This document shows positions 31,590-43,126 of a stretch of 64,000 nt of DNA, piece by piece; position 1 is the stretch's first letter, and every line of letters begins with the position of its first letter. Below the pieces are notes generated by a model. The model worked only from the letters and a program-made list of their open reading frames with translations. It searched no databases and was not told the DNA's origin. This stretch comes from Thermoplasmata archaeon. Its GTDB lineage: Archaea > Thermoplasmatota > Thermoplasmata > Thermoplasmatales > ARK-15. The stretch is taken from positions 55,814-119,813 of the forward strand of contig JBAMMA010000006.1 of NCBI GenBank assembly GCA_039794005.1. The letters run 5' to 3'. The position numbers were made by a program, and so were the translations under genes.

Positions 31590-32951
31590 TCATGAGTCTA
31601 AAAATGCCCTGTAGGCTTCATACGTGCTGTAAAGATCTAATTTGCTAACTATTTCAAACGGGGAATGCATACTCATCAAGCCTGGCCCTATGTCAATTAC
31701 CTCCATTCCATACTTTGCAAAGTATTTTGCTACTGTTCCACCGCCACCTTCATCCACCTTCCCCAAAAGGCCAAATTGATATTTTATGTTATTCTTCTCA
31801 AATATTGAAACCATTTCGGCCACGAGTTCTGCCCTCGCTTCACTCGTTGAATATTTTCCTCCGGATCCGGTATATTTTGTTATTATAACACCGTGACCGG
31901 CCTTTGCTGCGTTCAACATATCATGAACACTCTTAAATAATGGATTCACGACGGCATTAACATCTGCACTTATCACTTTGCTCTTATGCAAAATATCCAA
32001 ATATAAAGAATATGAATATTCAACCCCTGCCGCATCCAGCGCCTTTGTTATAACATATTCAATCAAATTGCTCTGTGCACCTGTATTTCCATCACTTCCA
32101 ATCTCTTCCCTATCCAATAATATCACTATTTCATTTCCATTTTTTCTTGAATCCATCAGTGCATGAAATGATGTGAATGCACAAATTCTATCATCCTGTC
32201 CATATCCACCCACCATGGATTTGTCAAATCCAACATCCCTTGCACGTCCCGCAGGTACAATTTCTATATCTGATGAATATAAATCCGTTTCATCAATGTT
32301 GTATTTTTCCTTTAGCAATTTCAATATGAATGATTTGAGTGGATTCTTTTCATCGGATTTATCAGGCATGTGTGATGCCAGGATTTGCAGATCCTCACCT
32401 TCAAAGCCTTCAAGGAGTTTTTTCTCACCCTGTACCTTCTTGGCTAAATGAGGCAAAAGGTCTGGTATGGTAAAAACAGGGTCTTCTTCATTTTCACCAA
32501 TGTTTATCTTTACCTTTGTCCCATCCTTCTTTACAACTATTCCTTTAATAGCCAATGGCCTACTTACCCATTGATATTTCTTTATCCCACCATAATAATG
32601 CGTTTTAAATAAAACGGTCTCTGTATCTTTATCTTCAACTATAGGATAAGGCTTTAGATCGAGCCTCGGGGAATCAATATGCGCTGCAATTATTTTGAAT
32701 CCATTTTCAAAACTGCCAGAAAGATTTACAAACGCTATGGCTTTACCATTTTTCTTTATGTAAAATTTATTTCCTCTATATCCTTGATAATATTCTTCAA
32801 ATCCATTTTCCCTGGCAATGTTTTCAAAATATTCCACAGCTTCTCTTTCAGTTTTTACGTTGCTCAAGAATTCTTTATATTTCTCTGCAAATTCAAATAC
32901 CTTCTTTTTTTTATTTTCATCTATTTCATACCAACCACTTTTATTTTCCAT
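31590..32951 (-). CDS. M18 aminopeptidase
   Basis: AHIDSPRLDLK, GQDDR, DREEIGS, SMHSPFE. Confidence 0.92.
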   Translation of the reverse strand: MENKSGWYEIDENKKKKVFEFAEKYKEFLSNVKTEREAVEYFENIARENGFEEYYQGYRGNKFYIKKNGKAIAFVNLSGSFENGFKIIAAHIDSPRLDLKPYPIVEDKDTETVLFKTHYYGGIKKYQWVSRPLAIKGIVVKKDGTKVKINIGENEEDPVFTIPDLLPHLAKKVQGEKKLLEGFEGEDLQILASHMPDKSDEKNPLKSFILKLLKEKYNIDETDLYSSDIEIVPAGRARDVGFDKSMVGGYGQDDRICAFTSFHALMDSRKNGNEIVILLDREEIGSDGNTGAQSNLIEYVITKALDAAGVEYSYSLYLDILHKSKVISADVNAVVNPLFKSVHDMLNAAKAGHGVIITKYTGSGGKYSTSEARAELVAEMVSIFEKNNIKYQFGLLGKVDEGGGGTVAKYFAKYGMEVIDIGPGLMSMHSPFEIVSKLDLYSTYEAYRAFLDS

Positions 32952-32955
32952 ATTT

Positions 32956-33771
32956 TCACCTCTCTATGACAATTGAAGCATAACCAACTACATCCTTCAT
33001 CTTGACAATATCACCACTTGTGGCATATTTCAAAAGCCTTGGATTTCCATTAAGGGCCATAATTGCAGTGGCAATAGGCCCATATCCACATGCTGTGACC
33101 TCTCCACTTTCAACATATTCATAAAATGATTTTACATCTTTATTTAGAAGTTTTTCAATTGCAATCAAATCGTTTCTATATGCAACTTCCTTAGGAACAT
33201 AATGGGAAAAATCTGATGATGCAATTAAAACTGCATTATAATCGTTTATTGCATCCTTTATTATTCCAGACAAAATTTTTGCAAATTCATAATATTGTGA
33301 TAACATGACTATAGGAACTATTTTTATATCGTGCTTTAAATATTGAAGAAAAGGAAGCTGTACTTCTATGGAATGTTCAAATGCATGTGCCTCCTTTGAA
33401 ACATCAACGATATCCCTTATGATTCTTCTGTTCAATTCTTCATCTATCTTTACCCTTCCAAAGGGTGTATAATAATCCTCTGTGGTGGCCGATATAGCAC
33501 TGCCTATTCCTGTGTGGTTTGGACCTATGATTATAAATGTTTCCGGATATCCATCTTTTGCCAATTCACTATAAAAATGGGCTGCAACAGGTCCGGAATA
33601 AAAATACCCTGCATGAGGAACGATTCCACCCAACACCTTTCCCAACCTTATTGTATTTAGTGAAGGTATTTTTCCAGGACCTATTGGATGTAAATATGAT
33701 TCCTCTATAGCCATTTTTAGGTCTTTTGGATTTGATGGATAGAACTGTCCGGCAACGGCAGGCATCCTCAT
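32956..33771 (-). CDS. MEMO1 family protein (AmmeMemoRadiSam protein B)
   Basis: [41 protein letters not shown]. Confidence 0.92.
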   Translation of the reverse strand: MRMPAVAGQFYPSNPKDLKMAIEESYLHPIGPGKIPSLNTIRLGKVLGGIVPHAGYFYSGPVAAHFYSELAKDGYPETFIIIGPNHTGIGSAISATTEDYYTPFGRVKIDEELNRRIIRDIVDVSKEAHAFEHSIEVQLPFLQYLKHDIKIVPIVMLSQYYEFAKILSGIIKDAINDYNAVLIASSDFSHYVPKEVAYRNDLIAIEKLLNKDVKSFYEYVESGEVTACGYGPIATAIMALNGNPRLLKYATSGDIVKMKDVVGYASIVIER

Positions 33772-34364
33772 AAGGGTGCCTCGAAGTCTTCCGGTTTATA
33801 TGGAAATTCCTCGTAATTCTTTATCTTTCCGTAGTTTAACATTGCCTCTCTGGCAAGGAGATAATAAACTAAAGACAAAGCCTTCCTACCCTTGTTGTTT
33901 GTAGGAATTACCAAATCCACATAGGATATCCTATTGTTAACATCACACAATGCAATTATAGGTATTCCAATCTTCACGGCCTCTTTCATTGCCTGCTGGT
34001 CTATGATTGGATCATTGATTATTATCAAATCCGCCTCAACGTAATTCGGCAATTCTGGGTTTGTCAAAGTACCTGGTATAAACCTGCCCGCTATTGCTTT
34101 CGTTCCAACAACCTCTGAAAACTTTTTGATTGGTTGGTGTGCATACTGTCTCTGGGCAACAAGAAGAACCTTTGATGGTTCATATCTGGATATGAATTTC
34201 CCGGCAATCCTTATCCTGGAATCTGTCTTTGATATATCCAGAATATAGAGACCATCGGACCTAATTTTGTATATAAAAGATGTCATATGCTTTGTCTTTA
34301 CCTGCGTACCTATCTGTACTCCGGCCTTCAAATATTCATCCTCTGAAACTAATAAATCCACCAT
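33768..34364 (-). CDS. rps2: 30S ribosomal protein uS2
   Basis: [28 protein letters not shown]. Confidence 0.96.
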   Translation of the reverse strand: MVDLLVSEDEYLKAGVQIGTQVKTKHMTSFIYKIRSDGLYILDISKTDSRIRIAGKFISRYEPSKVLLVAQRQYAHQPIKKFSEVVGTKAIAGRFIPGTLTNPELPNYVEADLIIINDPIIDQQAMKEAVKIGIPIIALCDVNNRISYVDLVIPTNNKGRKALSLVYYLLAREAMLNYGKIKNYEEFPYKPEDFEAPL

Positions 34365-34366
34365 GC

Positions 34367-35575
34367 TTAATCCTCCATATACTCTTCTATTCTAATTAGC
34401 TGGTTCAACTTTGATGTTCTCTCCCCTCCAATAGCACCCGTCTTTATATATTCTCCGCCAACGCCAACTGCAATCTCGGCTAGCGCATTATCCTCAGTTT
34501 CACCACTCCTGTGGGATACGATTGTCGTATATGCAGCCTCCTTTGCCATCTTTGTTGTTTTGATGAAATCTGTTAAAGTTCCTATCTGGTTTGGCTTTAA
34601 TAATATTGCATTTGCAGAATCGGATTCAATGCCCTTCATAAGTCTGTCAGGATTTGTTACGAAAAGATCATCGCCTACAACCAAGGTTTTAGAGCCTACC
34701 AGTCTGGTCAATTTTGAAAATCCTTCAAAATCATTTTCCTCCAAAGGATCTTCTAAATATTTAATTTCATACTCATCCACTAAACCTTCCAAAAATTCTA
34801 TCTGCTCATCTTTTTCCAATTCTCTGCCTTTGTAAATATATTTTCCATTGCTAAAGAATGATGTTGCGGCCACATCCAAGCCTGGGAATATTTCTATGTC
34901 ATATCTGCTTCTAAAATCATCTATAACGGATTTTAATATTTTTAAAGCCTCCTCATCATTTAGTGGAGCAACCCAGGCCCTTTCGTCTCCAACACCAATG
35001 GAAATGTTCGGGAATTTATCCCTTAATTTTTTGCCAACCGCTTTGTGTATTTCAGCATTAATGAATATTGATTCTGAAACCTTTCTAGCGTGTGATATAA
35101 CAAGGAATTCCTGTATTGTAGTTCCATTTATTGCATGCTTTCCTCCCCCGATGATGTTTGCAACCGGGATGGGCATTCTAATTGAAACATGGCCCCCCAA
35201 ATATCTATGTAATGGCAAACCTATGTCATTGGCGGCCGCCTTTGCAACAGATATTGAAGTTGCAATGGCCAAATTTCCACCGATGGTAGAGAAGTTTGTT
35301 GTTCCATCTATGGTATGCAAAATATGGTCTATGTATTTTTGGTTGAATACATCCTGACCTATCAATTCAGGGGCAACCTTTTCTTTGAATATCTTAAGAG
35401 ATTCATCAATACCCCTGGGTGGATAGTCCTTCACTTCATTACTCCCCTTACTTGCACCTGAGGGTGCAATTGCTATCCCAACGGCATTATTGTCTGTATG
35501 TATTTCAACCTCTATGGTTGGATTGCCCCGGGAATCCAAGACCTTTCTAGCAAATGCAGCATCAATAATACTCAT
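34367..35575 (-). CDS. eno: Enolase
   Basis: DSRGNPT, PSGAS, EDP, GDDL, KPNQIG, SHRSGET. Confidence 0.95.
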   Translation of the reverse strand: MSIIDAAFARKVLDSRGNPTIEVEIHTDNNAVGIAIAPSGASKGSNEVKDYPPRGIDESLKIFKEKVAPELIGQDVFNQKYIDHILHTIDGTTNFSTIGGNLAIATSISVAKAAANDIGLPLHRYLGGHVSIRMPIPVANIIGGGKHAINGTTIQEFLVISHARKVSESIFINAEIHKAVGKKLRDKFPNISIGVGDERAWVAPLNDEEALKILKSVIDDFRSRYDIEIFPGLDVAATSFFSNGKYIYKGRELEKDEQIEFLEGLVDEYEIKYLEDPLEENDFEGFSKLTRLVGSKTLVVGDDLFVTNPDRLMKGIESDSANAILLKPNQIGTLTDFIKTTKMAKEAAYTTIVSHRSGETEDNALAEIAVGVGGEYIKTGAIGGERTSKLNQLIRIEEYMED

Positions 35576-35592
35576 GATATCACCATATTATT

Positions 35593-38259
35593 TCATTTAT
35601 TTAAATTCTTTTTATACTTTATTGCAGCCTGTGCTGCAGCCAACCTTGCAATAGGTATTCTATATGGGGATGCTGAAACATAATTCAATCCTATGATATG
35701 TGAAAATTCGACTGCCGATGGTTCTCCACCATGTTCTCCGCATATTCCTACCTCTAGATTTGGATTTGTGCTTCTCCCCTTTTCCACACCTATCTTCATC
35801 AATTCACCAACACCATCTCTATCAAGTATTTCAAATGGATTGTTTTTGAGTATGTTCATTTCGAGATATCTGTTCATGAATGTTGCTTCAACATCATCCC
35901 TGCTGAAACCAAACGTCATCTGTGTTAAATCGTTAGTTCCAAAGGAGAAGAAATCGGCATATTTTGCTATTTTATCTGCGGTCAATGCACCTCTAGGTAC
36001 TTCTATCATTGTGCCAAATTTATATTTAACCTGTCCCTTGGATTCTTCCTCTGCTATGGGTATGAGCTTTTCCCTCAAAATCTTTAATTCATTGTCTATT
36101 CCTACCAATGGTATCATAATCTCCGGGATAACATTCTTACCCTCACTTTTTACCTTGAGAGCAGCCCTTATTATGGCTCTTACCTGCATTTCATATATCT
36201 CCGGATATATTATGCCCACCCTGCAACCCCTGAAACCTATCATGGGGTTAAATTCCCTTAAACTTCTTACTGTCTTCAATATATTCTCCTTTTCATTTAT
36301 CTTAGATATTAATTGATCCATTTCCTTTATATCCTTTGATTCTTTGAGCTTAAATTTGAGTTCATAAAGTTCGTTCATAAGCTCTTCTTCTTTAGGTAAA
36401 AATTCGTGTAATGGAGGATCTAAAAGCCTTATTATGACAGGATATCCGTCCATTATCCTGAAGAATTCCACAAAATCATTGATTTGCATGTTCAATAGTT
36501 TGTTTAGATTCTCAATTCTCTCCTCCTTTGTCTTTGACATAATCATTGCAACCATTATTGGCAACCTATCCTCCCCGAGAAACATCCTCTCAGTTCTTGC
36601 AAGGCCGATGCCTTCTGCACCCATTTCCCTTGCCAATGCTGCCTCTTCCGAGGTATTTGCATTCGCCCTAACACCAAGAACCCTAACTTTGTCACAATGA
36701 TTGAGCAATTCCTTCAATTCTGATGTGAGCTCTGGCCTTACAAGGGGGACCTCTCCGAGATACACTTTTCCGGATGTTCCATCCACAGTTATTATTTCAA
36801 ATTCCTTTACAACATAACCGTTGGATTCGAATTTTCTTAATTTCATGTCTATTTTAATATCCTCAGCCCCAACAACAGCAGGCTTTCCCATAGATCTTGC
36901 TACAACAGCAGCATGACTTGTCATGCCTCCCCTTGATGTTAAAACAGCCTGTGAAACTGCAATACCATGAACATCATCTGCCATTGTCTCAGGCCTTACC
37001 AGGATTACCTTTTCACCTTTTCTTGCCATTTCAACAGCAGTATCTGGGTCAAACACAACCTTTCCAATTCCTGCACCTGGAGATGCCGCCAAACCTTTGC
37101 CTATCTCTATTTTCTTTGCCTTTTCATCCACTTGAGGATGTAATAGATGATCCAACTGGGAAGGATCAACCCTCATGATCATCTCTTCATCAGATATTAT
37201 TCCCTCCTTGTACATATCAACTGCTACTTTTACTGCTGCCCTTGCGTTCATTTTTGCATTTCTTGTCTGCAATAGATAAAATTTTCCTCTTTCGATTGTG
37301 AACTCTATGTCTTGTGGATGCCTGTAATGCTTTTCCAATATTTCTGCGCTCCTCAACAATTCTTTATACGCTGATGGAATCTCCTTTTCCATTTCTTTTA
37401 TTGGTTTTGGAGTCCTTATTCCCGCAACTACATCCTCACCTTGAGCATTTGCCAAATATTCACCATAAATCTCCTTTTCACCTGTGCTTGGATTCCTTGT
37501 AAATGCAACACCTGTTGCAGAATCAAATCCCATGTTTCCAAACACCATCTGAACTATTGTAACGGCTGTACCCAAATCTTCAGGAATATTGTTTAATTTC
37601 CTGTATACCTTGGCCCTTTCATTATTCCAAGATTCAAATACTGCTTTTATTGACAATTCCAACTGTTTGTAAGGATCCTGTGGAAACTCCATGCCATTCC
37701 TTTTTATTATTTCTTTAAATTCCTCCACCAATTCCTTTAAATCGTTTGCATCTAAATCCACATCGTTCTTAACTCCCTTCTTCTTTTTTTTCTCTTCCAA
37801 TGCCTCATCAAAATATTTACCATTAATACCCAACACAATCCTTCCAAACATCTGGACTAATCTTCTATATGAATCATATGCAAACCTTTCATTTTTCGTC
37901 AATTTTGAAAGGCCCTGAACGGTCTCGTCATTTAAGCCTACATTTAAAACAGTATCCATCATACCTGGCATTGATACTGGCGCTCCAGACCTGACAGATA
38001 CCAACAATGGATTCTCCTTTCCCCCAAACTTTTTGCCTGTTTTTTCCTCCAATTTATGCATTGATTCAACAACATCTTCCCAGAGGCCTTCTGGAAATTT
38101 CCCGGTATTTATGTAAATTTTACAGGCCTCTGTTGTGATAGTAAAACCTGGAGGTACAGGCAATCCTATTTTTGTCATTTCTGCCAAACCTGCACCCTTG
38201 CCTCCTAGTAAATTTACCATTTCCTTTCCGCCTTCTTCAAAAAAATATATCAGCTTCAT
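35593..38259 (-). CDS. ppdK: Pyruvate phosphate dikinase
   Basis: GGKGAGLAEM, SMPGMMDT, GGMTSHAAVVAR, FSFGTNDLTQ, GICGEHGG. Confidence 0.96.
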   Translation of the reverse strand: MKLIYFFEEGGKEMVNLLGGKGAGLAEMTKIGLPVPPGFTITTEACKIYINTGKFPEGLWEDVVESMHKLEEKTGKKFGGKENPLLVSVRSGAPVSMPGMMDTVLNVGLNDETVQGLSKLTKNERFAYDSYRRLVQMFGRIVLGINGKYFDEALEEKKKKKGVKNDVDLDANDLKELVEEFKEIIKRNGMEFPQDPYKQLELSIKAVFESWNNERAKVYRKLNNIPEDLGTAVTIVQMVFGNMGFDSATGVAFTRNPSTGEKEIYGEYLANAQGEDVVAGIRTPKPIKEMEKEIPSAYKELLRSAEILEKHYRHPQDIEFTIERGKFYLLQTRNAKMNARAAVKVAVDMYKEGIISDEEMIMRVDPSQLDHLLHPQVDEKAKKIEIGKGLAASPGAGIGKVVFDPDTAVEMARKGEKVILVRPETMADDVHGIAVSQAVLTSRGGMTSHAAVVARSMGKPAVVGAEDIKIDMKLRKFESNGYVVKEFEIITVDGTSGKVYLGEVPLVRPELTSELKELLNHCDKVRVLGVRANANTSEEAALAREMGAEGIGLARTERMFLGEDRLPIMVAMIMSKTKEERIENLNKLLNMQINDFVEFFRIMDGYPVIIRLLDPPLHEFLPKEEELMNELYELKFKLKESKDIKEMDQLISKINEKENILKTVRSLREFNPMIGFRGCRVGIIYPEIYEMQVRAIIRAALKVKSEGKNVIPEIMIPLVGIDNELKILREKLIPIAEEESKGQVKYKFGTMIEVPRGALTADKIAKYADFFSFGTNDLTQMTFGFSRDDVEATFMNRYLEMNILKNNPFEILDRDGVGELMKIGVEKGRSTNPNLEVGICGEHGGEPSAVEFSHIIGLNYVSASPYRIPIARLAAAQAAIKYKKNLNK

Positions 38260-38433
38260 AATTAATTCACCTTTTAAAGAGGAAATATAAACTAAAATAT
38301 ATTTTTTGTTTTTGAAAGTTAAATGTAAAATTTTTTTATCTCTGAATAAAAAATTTTTAAAAAATTGCTTTTTATTTTAAAAAATTTCTAAATGCTTTTA
38401 AAAAAGTTTATATATAATTATTTGATAATATGA

Positions 38434-38940
38434 ATGATGACAAAAATATGTCCTAGGTGCAACACTGAAAATCCAGACAATGCGGTATACTGCATAAAAT
38501 GTGGATATAAATTTGGCGAAGAACAGGATATTCAAAACAAAAATGAAATGATAAATGAACCTGGTAAAACTACAGGAATACCGATATATATTTGGGTTGT
38601 TCTTTCGCTTGTATTTTCAATAATTTCATTTATAGCTTTCCTAATATGGACTTTAAATCCACTCTTTGATATTGTTATGTCCGCATCAAGGGGATTCTTT
38701 TTAATAAATTATAATTTAATTTATTTTACAATATTAATAATCTTTTTAATTGGGTCGATAATAGTTTTGAATAATGTCATAAAAATTTACGAGAATTTTA
38801 AGGGGAATAATTTGGATTATATTAGAAAAAGATTGACAATAGAATTTATTGTTATATCTTTCATATTTGGATTGATTATTACTGGAGTATTTTTGCTTTT
38901 ATTACAACTTGACCTTGAATCAAACATTAAAAAACAGTAG
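38434..38940 (+). CDS. Zinc-ribbon membrane protein
   Basis: CPRC..N....CIKCG followed by three hydrophobic segments. Confidence 0.75.
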   Translation: MMTKICPRCNTENPDNAVYCIKCGYKFGEEQDIQNKNEMINEPGKTTGIPIYIWVVLSLVFSIISFIAFLIWTLNPLFDIVMSASRGFFLINYNLIYFTILIIFLIGSIIVLNNVIKIYENFKGNNLDYIRKRLTIEFIVISFIFGLIITGVFLLLLQLDLESNIKKQ

Positions 38941-38994
38941 TCTCAAATTTTTTATATTTTTTGTACATTACATTCATTCTACCGGGGTGTAACA

Positions 38995-39927
38995 ATGGAT
39001 AGAATAGTTGTAGCAGTTGGAGGCAATGCTCTCCAATTACCGGGAGATGCGGGTAAATATGAAGAAATGGTTAAAAGGGCGGAGGAAACAGCGGAAAGCA
39101 TATATTTCCTTTTCAATGAATATGATGTAGCATTAACGCATGGTAATGGTCCCCAGGTAGGGGCAATTCTTCTGCAAAATGAACATTCTAAAGAAATTGT
39201 ACCTCCAATGCCTTTGGATGTTCTAGGAGCTGAAAGCCAGGGTATGATCGGTTATATATTAACACAAGGCTTTGAGAGGGCTTTTAACAAATATAAAATT
39301 AATAAAAAAATTGTAACGGTTGTAACAAGGGTGGAAGTGGATGAAAATGACCCCGCGATGAAAAATCCAACAAAACCTATTGGCCCATTCTATACAAGGG
39401 TTCAGGCTGAGGAATTGATAAGGGAAAAACATTGGAATATGGTGGAGGATTCTGGAAGGGGATGGAGAAGAGTCGTTCCTTCTCCAGATCCGAAGAGAAT
39501 AGTGGAAAAAGATGAAATATTATCTTTAATTGAAAGGGGATATGCTGTTATTTCAGTAGGAGGGGGAGGAATACCTGTTGTAAAAAGAAATGGTTTCTAT
39601 TATGGCATTGAAGGTGTAATAGACAAAGACCTAGGAGCTGCAACATTGGCCAAGGATATAAATGCATCAGAACTTTTTATTTTAACAGCGGTGCCTCAGG
39701 TATACATAAATTTTGGAAAACCTGAACAAACACCGATAGAAAAAATAAACGCAGACGAACTGGAAAAATATTATAGGGAAGGCCATTTCAAGCCCGGAAG
39801 CATGGGGCCTAAAGTATTGGCTGCAATAAGATTTGTGAGAAATGGAGGAAAAAGAGCGCTTATTACAAGCCCTGATGCATTGAGAGATGCATTGAACGGT
39901 AAAAATGGAACCTGGATATATCCATAA
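38995..39927 (+). CDS. arcC: Carbamate kinase
   Basis: GGNAL, THGNGPQVG, RRVVPSP, VIDKD, GSMGPK. Confidence 0.95.
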   Translation: MDRIVVAVGGNALQLPGDAGKYEEMVKRAEETAESIYFLFNEYDVALTHGNGPQVGAILLQNEHSKEIVPPMPLDVLGAESQGMIGYILTQGFERAFNKYKINKKIVTVVTRVEVDENDPAMKNPTKPIGPFYTRVQAEELIREKHWNMVEDSGRGWRRVVPSPDPKRIVEKDEILSLIERGYAVISVGGGGIPVVKRNGFYYGIEGVIDKDLGAATLAKDINASELFILTAVPQVYINFGKPEQTPIEKINADELEKYYREGHFKPGSMGPKVLAAIRFVRNGGKRALITSPDALRDALNGKNGTWIYP

Positions 39928-39947
39928 ATATAAAAATTATTATATTT

Positions 39948-42449
39948 TTACAAATATTTTTTCAATTCATCGATTTTCCTTTTCAATTCATCGAAAGAAA
40001 TTTTGTTAGTATCAATATTCCTCAGTTCTTCTTTAATGAAAATGTCATTAAGGCTTATTTGCTTTAAACTTCTTTTTACATCAAGAACATTTTCCTCTTC
40101 AATTTTCTTTAATATTTCTTTTGCCCTATTAACTACACCCTGAGGTAATCCTGCCATTGAAGCTACCTCTATTCCATAACTTTCGCTCATACCACCCTTT
40201 TTAATTTTCCTGGTGAAAACTATTCCATCCTGCGCTTTTTCAACGGGCATATGGTAATTTTTTACTCCTTCCAAATGCTTTTCCAATTCTATTAAATGGT
40301 GGTAATGTGTTGCAAATATTGTTCTTGCCTTAATTTTATTGTGTATGTATTCCGCTGCGGCCCATGCTATAGCAAGGCCATCAAACGTTCCTGTGCCTCT
40401 CCCCACCTCGTCCAATATTATAAGACTTTTCTCTGTTGAATATACTAAAATCTTTGAAAGTTCAACCATTTCCATCATAAATGTGCTTATACCCCTTAAA
40501 ATATCATCCGTTGCCCCTATCCTTGTAAAAATCCTATCAACGATGCCAATCCTTGCATGAGATGCTGGAACAAAAGATCCTATTTGTGCCATTATCACTA
40601 TATGCGATATCATCCTCATGTAAGTGCTCTTCCCAGACATGTTAGGGCCAGTTAAAATGATGAATCTATTATTTTCAGTATCCAAATAAACATCATTCGG
40701 AACAAAATTATTTACAAATTCCTCTACCACAGGATGCCTTCCATCTTTTATATCTATCACAGTCGAATCATCTACTATTGGCATAACGTAATTTTTCTTT
40801 GCTGCGTTTTCAGCAAAAGTTAACAAAACATCTATGTCTGCTATTATTTTTGATGTTTCTACAATACCATCATAGTTTGATATCTTTTCTAAAAGCATTT
40901 TAAATACTTCATTTTCCCTGAATGACATGTTTTCCTTTGCATCCAACACTTTGTACTGTAAATCTTCTAATTCCCTCGTTGAATACCTTTCAACATTTTT
41001 AAGCGTCTGTTTTCTTATAAAATGCTGTGGGACTCTCTGAATATTTGATTTTGTCACTTCAATATAATATCCAATTATATCATTATAACCTATCCTTAGG
41101 TTTCTAATCCCGGTCTTTCTAATCTCTTCGTTTTCAATAATTCTAATGTTCTTTTCCACATCTCTTAAAATTTTTCTATAATTATCCAAAATTTCGTCGT
41201 AACCATCTTTTATTTTATATCCTTCTGATTCATCTTCCTCTATAGCCATTTCAATTTCTCTTTTAACTTCTTCAAACACATTTATCGAATTGTAATATCT
41301 TTTTATCAAATCAGATTTAAAATTCGATAATGATTCCTTGATTTGAGGAATATTTTCTAAAAAGGACTTAAGTTTTAAAAGGTCCTCCTTTGTGGCCTTC
41401 CCCGTCTTTATTCTTCCCCATATCCTTTCAATATCTGGTAATTTTTCTAAGATTGATGATATTTCCATCCTTATTATTGTAGATTCATAAAATTCCTTGA
41501 CCGCTTGTAACCTCTCGTTTATCTTATCTTTATCAATTAATGGGAAAGATAATAATGATAATAGACGCCTTGATCCCATCTTTGTTTTGCAGTTGTCTAT
41601 AATTCCATACAGAGAATTTTTCTTTTCACCCCTGTAATCGGAAAAAATCTCTAAATTTTTGACTGTGGAGTCATCTAAAAACATGTAATCATTTATGTTT
41701 GAAATTCTAATTTCTCTAATATTTTTTAAAATCTCTTTATCTCTACTTTCAAGATATTTTAAAAATCCGCCCAGTGAAATTAAAATTTCATTTTCATTAA
41801 TAATTTCATTTAACAGATTTCCCTTTATATTTTTATTTACAATATCTATTGCTTCTTGAAAGGAAATTTCTATTTTTGATAAATAGATATACTTTTCCTT
41901 TGATATTTTTTCTATTTCATCGTCTTTAACATTTATCAATAAAATTTCCCTTGGATTCAGTTTATACAGTTCTGAAAGTATTTCATCTTTATTTTTCGAT
42001 TTTATGATTTTAATTTCCCCTGTAGATATGTCGGAAAATACAGAAACAAAATCTTTTTCATGGTAAAATGAAAAAAGATAATTTGTTATTCCAACAATCA
42101 AATCATCTTCCAATACTGTACCGGGTGTAAAAATCCTTGTTACTTCTCTTTTCACAATTCCTTTTGCAAATTTTGGATTTTCAATCTGTTCACATAATGC
42201 TACTTTATATCCCCTGTTCAAGAGTTTTGATAGATAAGGATAAAGAGCATGATAAGGAATTCCCGCCATGGGAACTTCATTTTTATCTTTGTTTCTGGAA
42301 GTCAAAACAAGGTTAAGTTCCTTTGAAACTGTTATGGCGTCATCGCCAAAGGTTTCATAAAAATCTCCAACTCTATATAATAGAATTGCATCTTTGTATT
42401 TCTTTTTAATTTCATTGTATTGTTTCATCAATGGAGTGTCCATAAGCAA
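39948..42449 (-). CDS. mutS: DNA mismatch repair protein MutS (MutS1 type)
   Basis: TPLMKQY, RVGDFYETF mismatch-binding motif, GPNMSGKST, STFMMEM, DEVGRGT, SYGIEVA. Confidence 0.95.
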   Translation of the reverse strand: MLMDTPLMKQYNEIKKKYKDAILLYRVGDFYETFGDDAITVSKELNLVLTSRNKDKNEVPMAGIPYHALYPYLSKLLNRGYKVALCEQIENPKFAKGIVKREVTRIFTPGTVLEDDLIVGITNYLFSFYHEKDFVSVFSDISTGEIKIIKSKNKDEILSELYKLNPREILLINVKDDEIEKISKEKYIYLSKIEISFQEAIDIVNKNIKGNLLNEIINENEILISLGGFLKYLESRDKEILKNIREIRISNINDYMFLDDSTVKNLEIFSDYRGEKKNSLYGIIDNCKTKMGSRRLLSLLSFPLIDKDKINERLQAVKEFYESTIIRMEISSILEKLPDIERIWGRIKTGKATKEDLLKLKSFLENIPQIKESLSNFKSDLIKRYYNSINVFEEVKREIEMAIEEDESEGYKIKDGYDEILDNYRKILRDVEKNIRIIENEEIRKTGIRNLRIGYNDIIGYYIEVTKSNIQRVPQHFIRKQTLKNVERYSTRELEDLQYKVLDAKENMSFRENEVFKMLLEKISNYDGIVETSKIIADIDVLLTFAENAAKKNYVMPIVDDSTVIDIKDGRHPVVEEFVNNFVPNDVYLDTENNRFIILTGPNMSGKSTYMRMISHIVIMAQIGSFVPASHARIGIVDRIFTRIGATDDILRGISTFMMEMVELSKILVYSTEKSLIILDEVGRGTGTFDGLAIAWAAAEYIHNKIKARTIFATHYHHLIELEKHLEGVKNYHMPVEKAQDGIVFTRKIKKGGMSESYGIEVASMAGLPQGVVNRAKEILKKIEEENVLDVKRSLKQISLNDIFIKEELRNIDTNKISFDELKRKIDELKKYL

Positions 42450-42891
42450 TAATTATTAATTGAATCGAATTAAAAACTTTTTGATTTAAAATTGTTTTAA
42501 AATAATTTACAATAAATTAACAAATTTAAAAAATATAATGTTTCTCTCACCAAACCATGCATATAAGGTAAATTCTAGTCCTTTTTGAATATCATCAAAA
42601 CATGTCAGGTAAAATTGCACAGAAAGGACAAATGCTATACTGTTTATAATTAATTGTTACTTTTGTATTTATCTTTTAAATAAAAGGTAAACCATCAAAT
42701 AATTGAAAATTTTGATACTATTTTTTATTCAAAAATTAATTTATTAAAAAATTTAAAGAATTTTTAATTTCAAATTTTCATTTGTATTTATCAAAGTTTT
42801 GATTTTCTATTAATAATTCCAATTTTTTAGCATCAAATTATCCAGTAATCTAATGCAATGTTTAAAAAGAGACTCATTATAATAATACAAA

Positions 42892-43053
42892 ATCTTTTTC
42901 TACATAATAAATGCATTAATTGTTTAAATTGTTCACATGCTATAATAGATACTGTGGGTTTCAATCCTACTATAATCCAATTTTAACCCACATCTCTACA
43001 GAAACAATTGAAGAGAAAGAGATGTTTCAATCCTACTATAGTCCAATTTTAAC
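42892..43053 (-). CRISPR. Orphan mini-CRISPR array: two 30-nt repeats, one clear 36-nt spacer, and a probable degenerate third repeat
   Basis: Repeats at 42958-42987 and 43024-43053 differ by 1 nt. On the minus strand they read GTTAAAATTGGA(C/T)TATAGTAGGATTGAAAC, with the canonical ATTGAAAC end. Spacer at 42988-43023. A degenerate copy lies near 42892-42920, 37 nt further on. No cas genes in the window. Confidence 0.8.
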
Positions 43054-43126
43054 TGGATCAAAAAAAGTTTTAGAGAATTTTGAACCCTTTAGTTCAAATT
43101 TCCTTAGGTGTTGAACATGAAAGTGA

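Noticed and set aside
42500-42830. Possible cas8 remnant (minus-strand ICPFCA / CFDDIQKG) and a repeat-like stretch near 42796-42830
   Set aside because: The fragments are short, in different frames and interrupted by stops. The repeat-like stretch is out of phase with the array and such matches are expected in AT-rich DNA. A tBLASTn/HMM search would be needed.
43092-43121. Possible extra CRISPR repeat (GTTCAAAT...) 38 nt from repeat 2
   Set aside because: Only the first few bases match. It is better explained as one arm of a TTTGAAC-N6-GTTCAAA inverted repeat.
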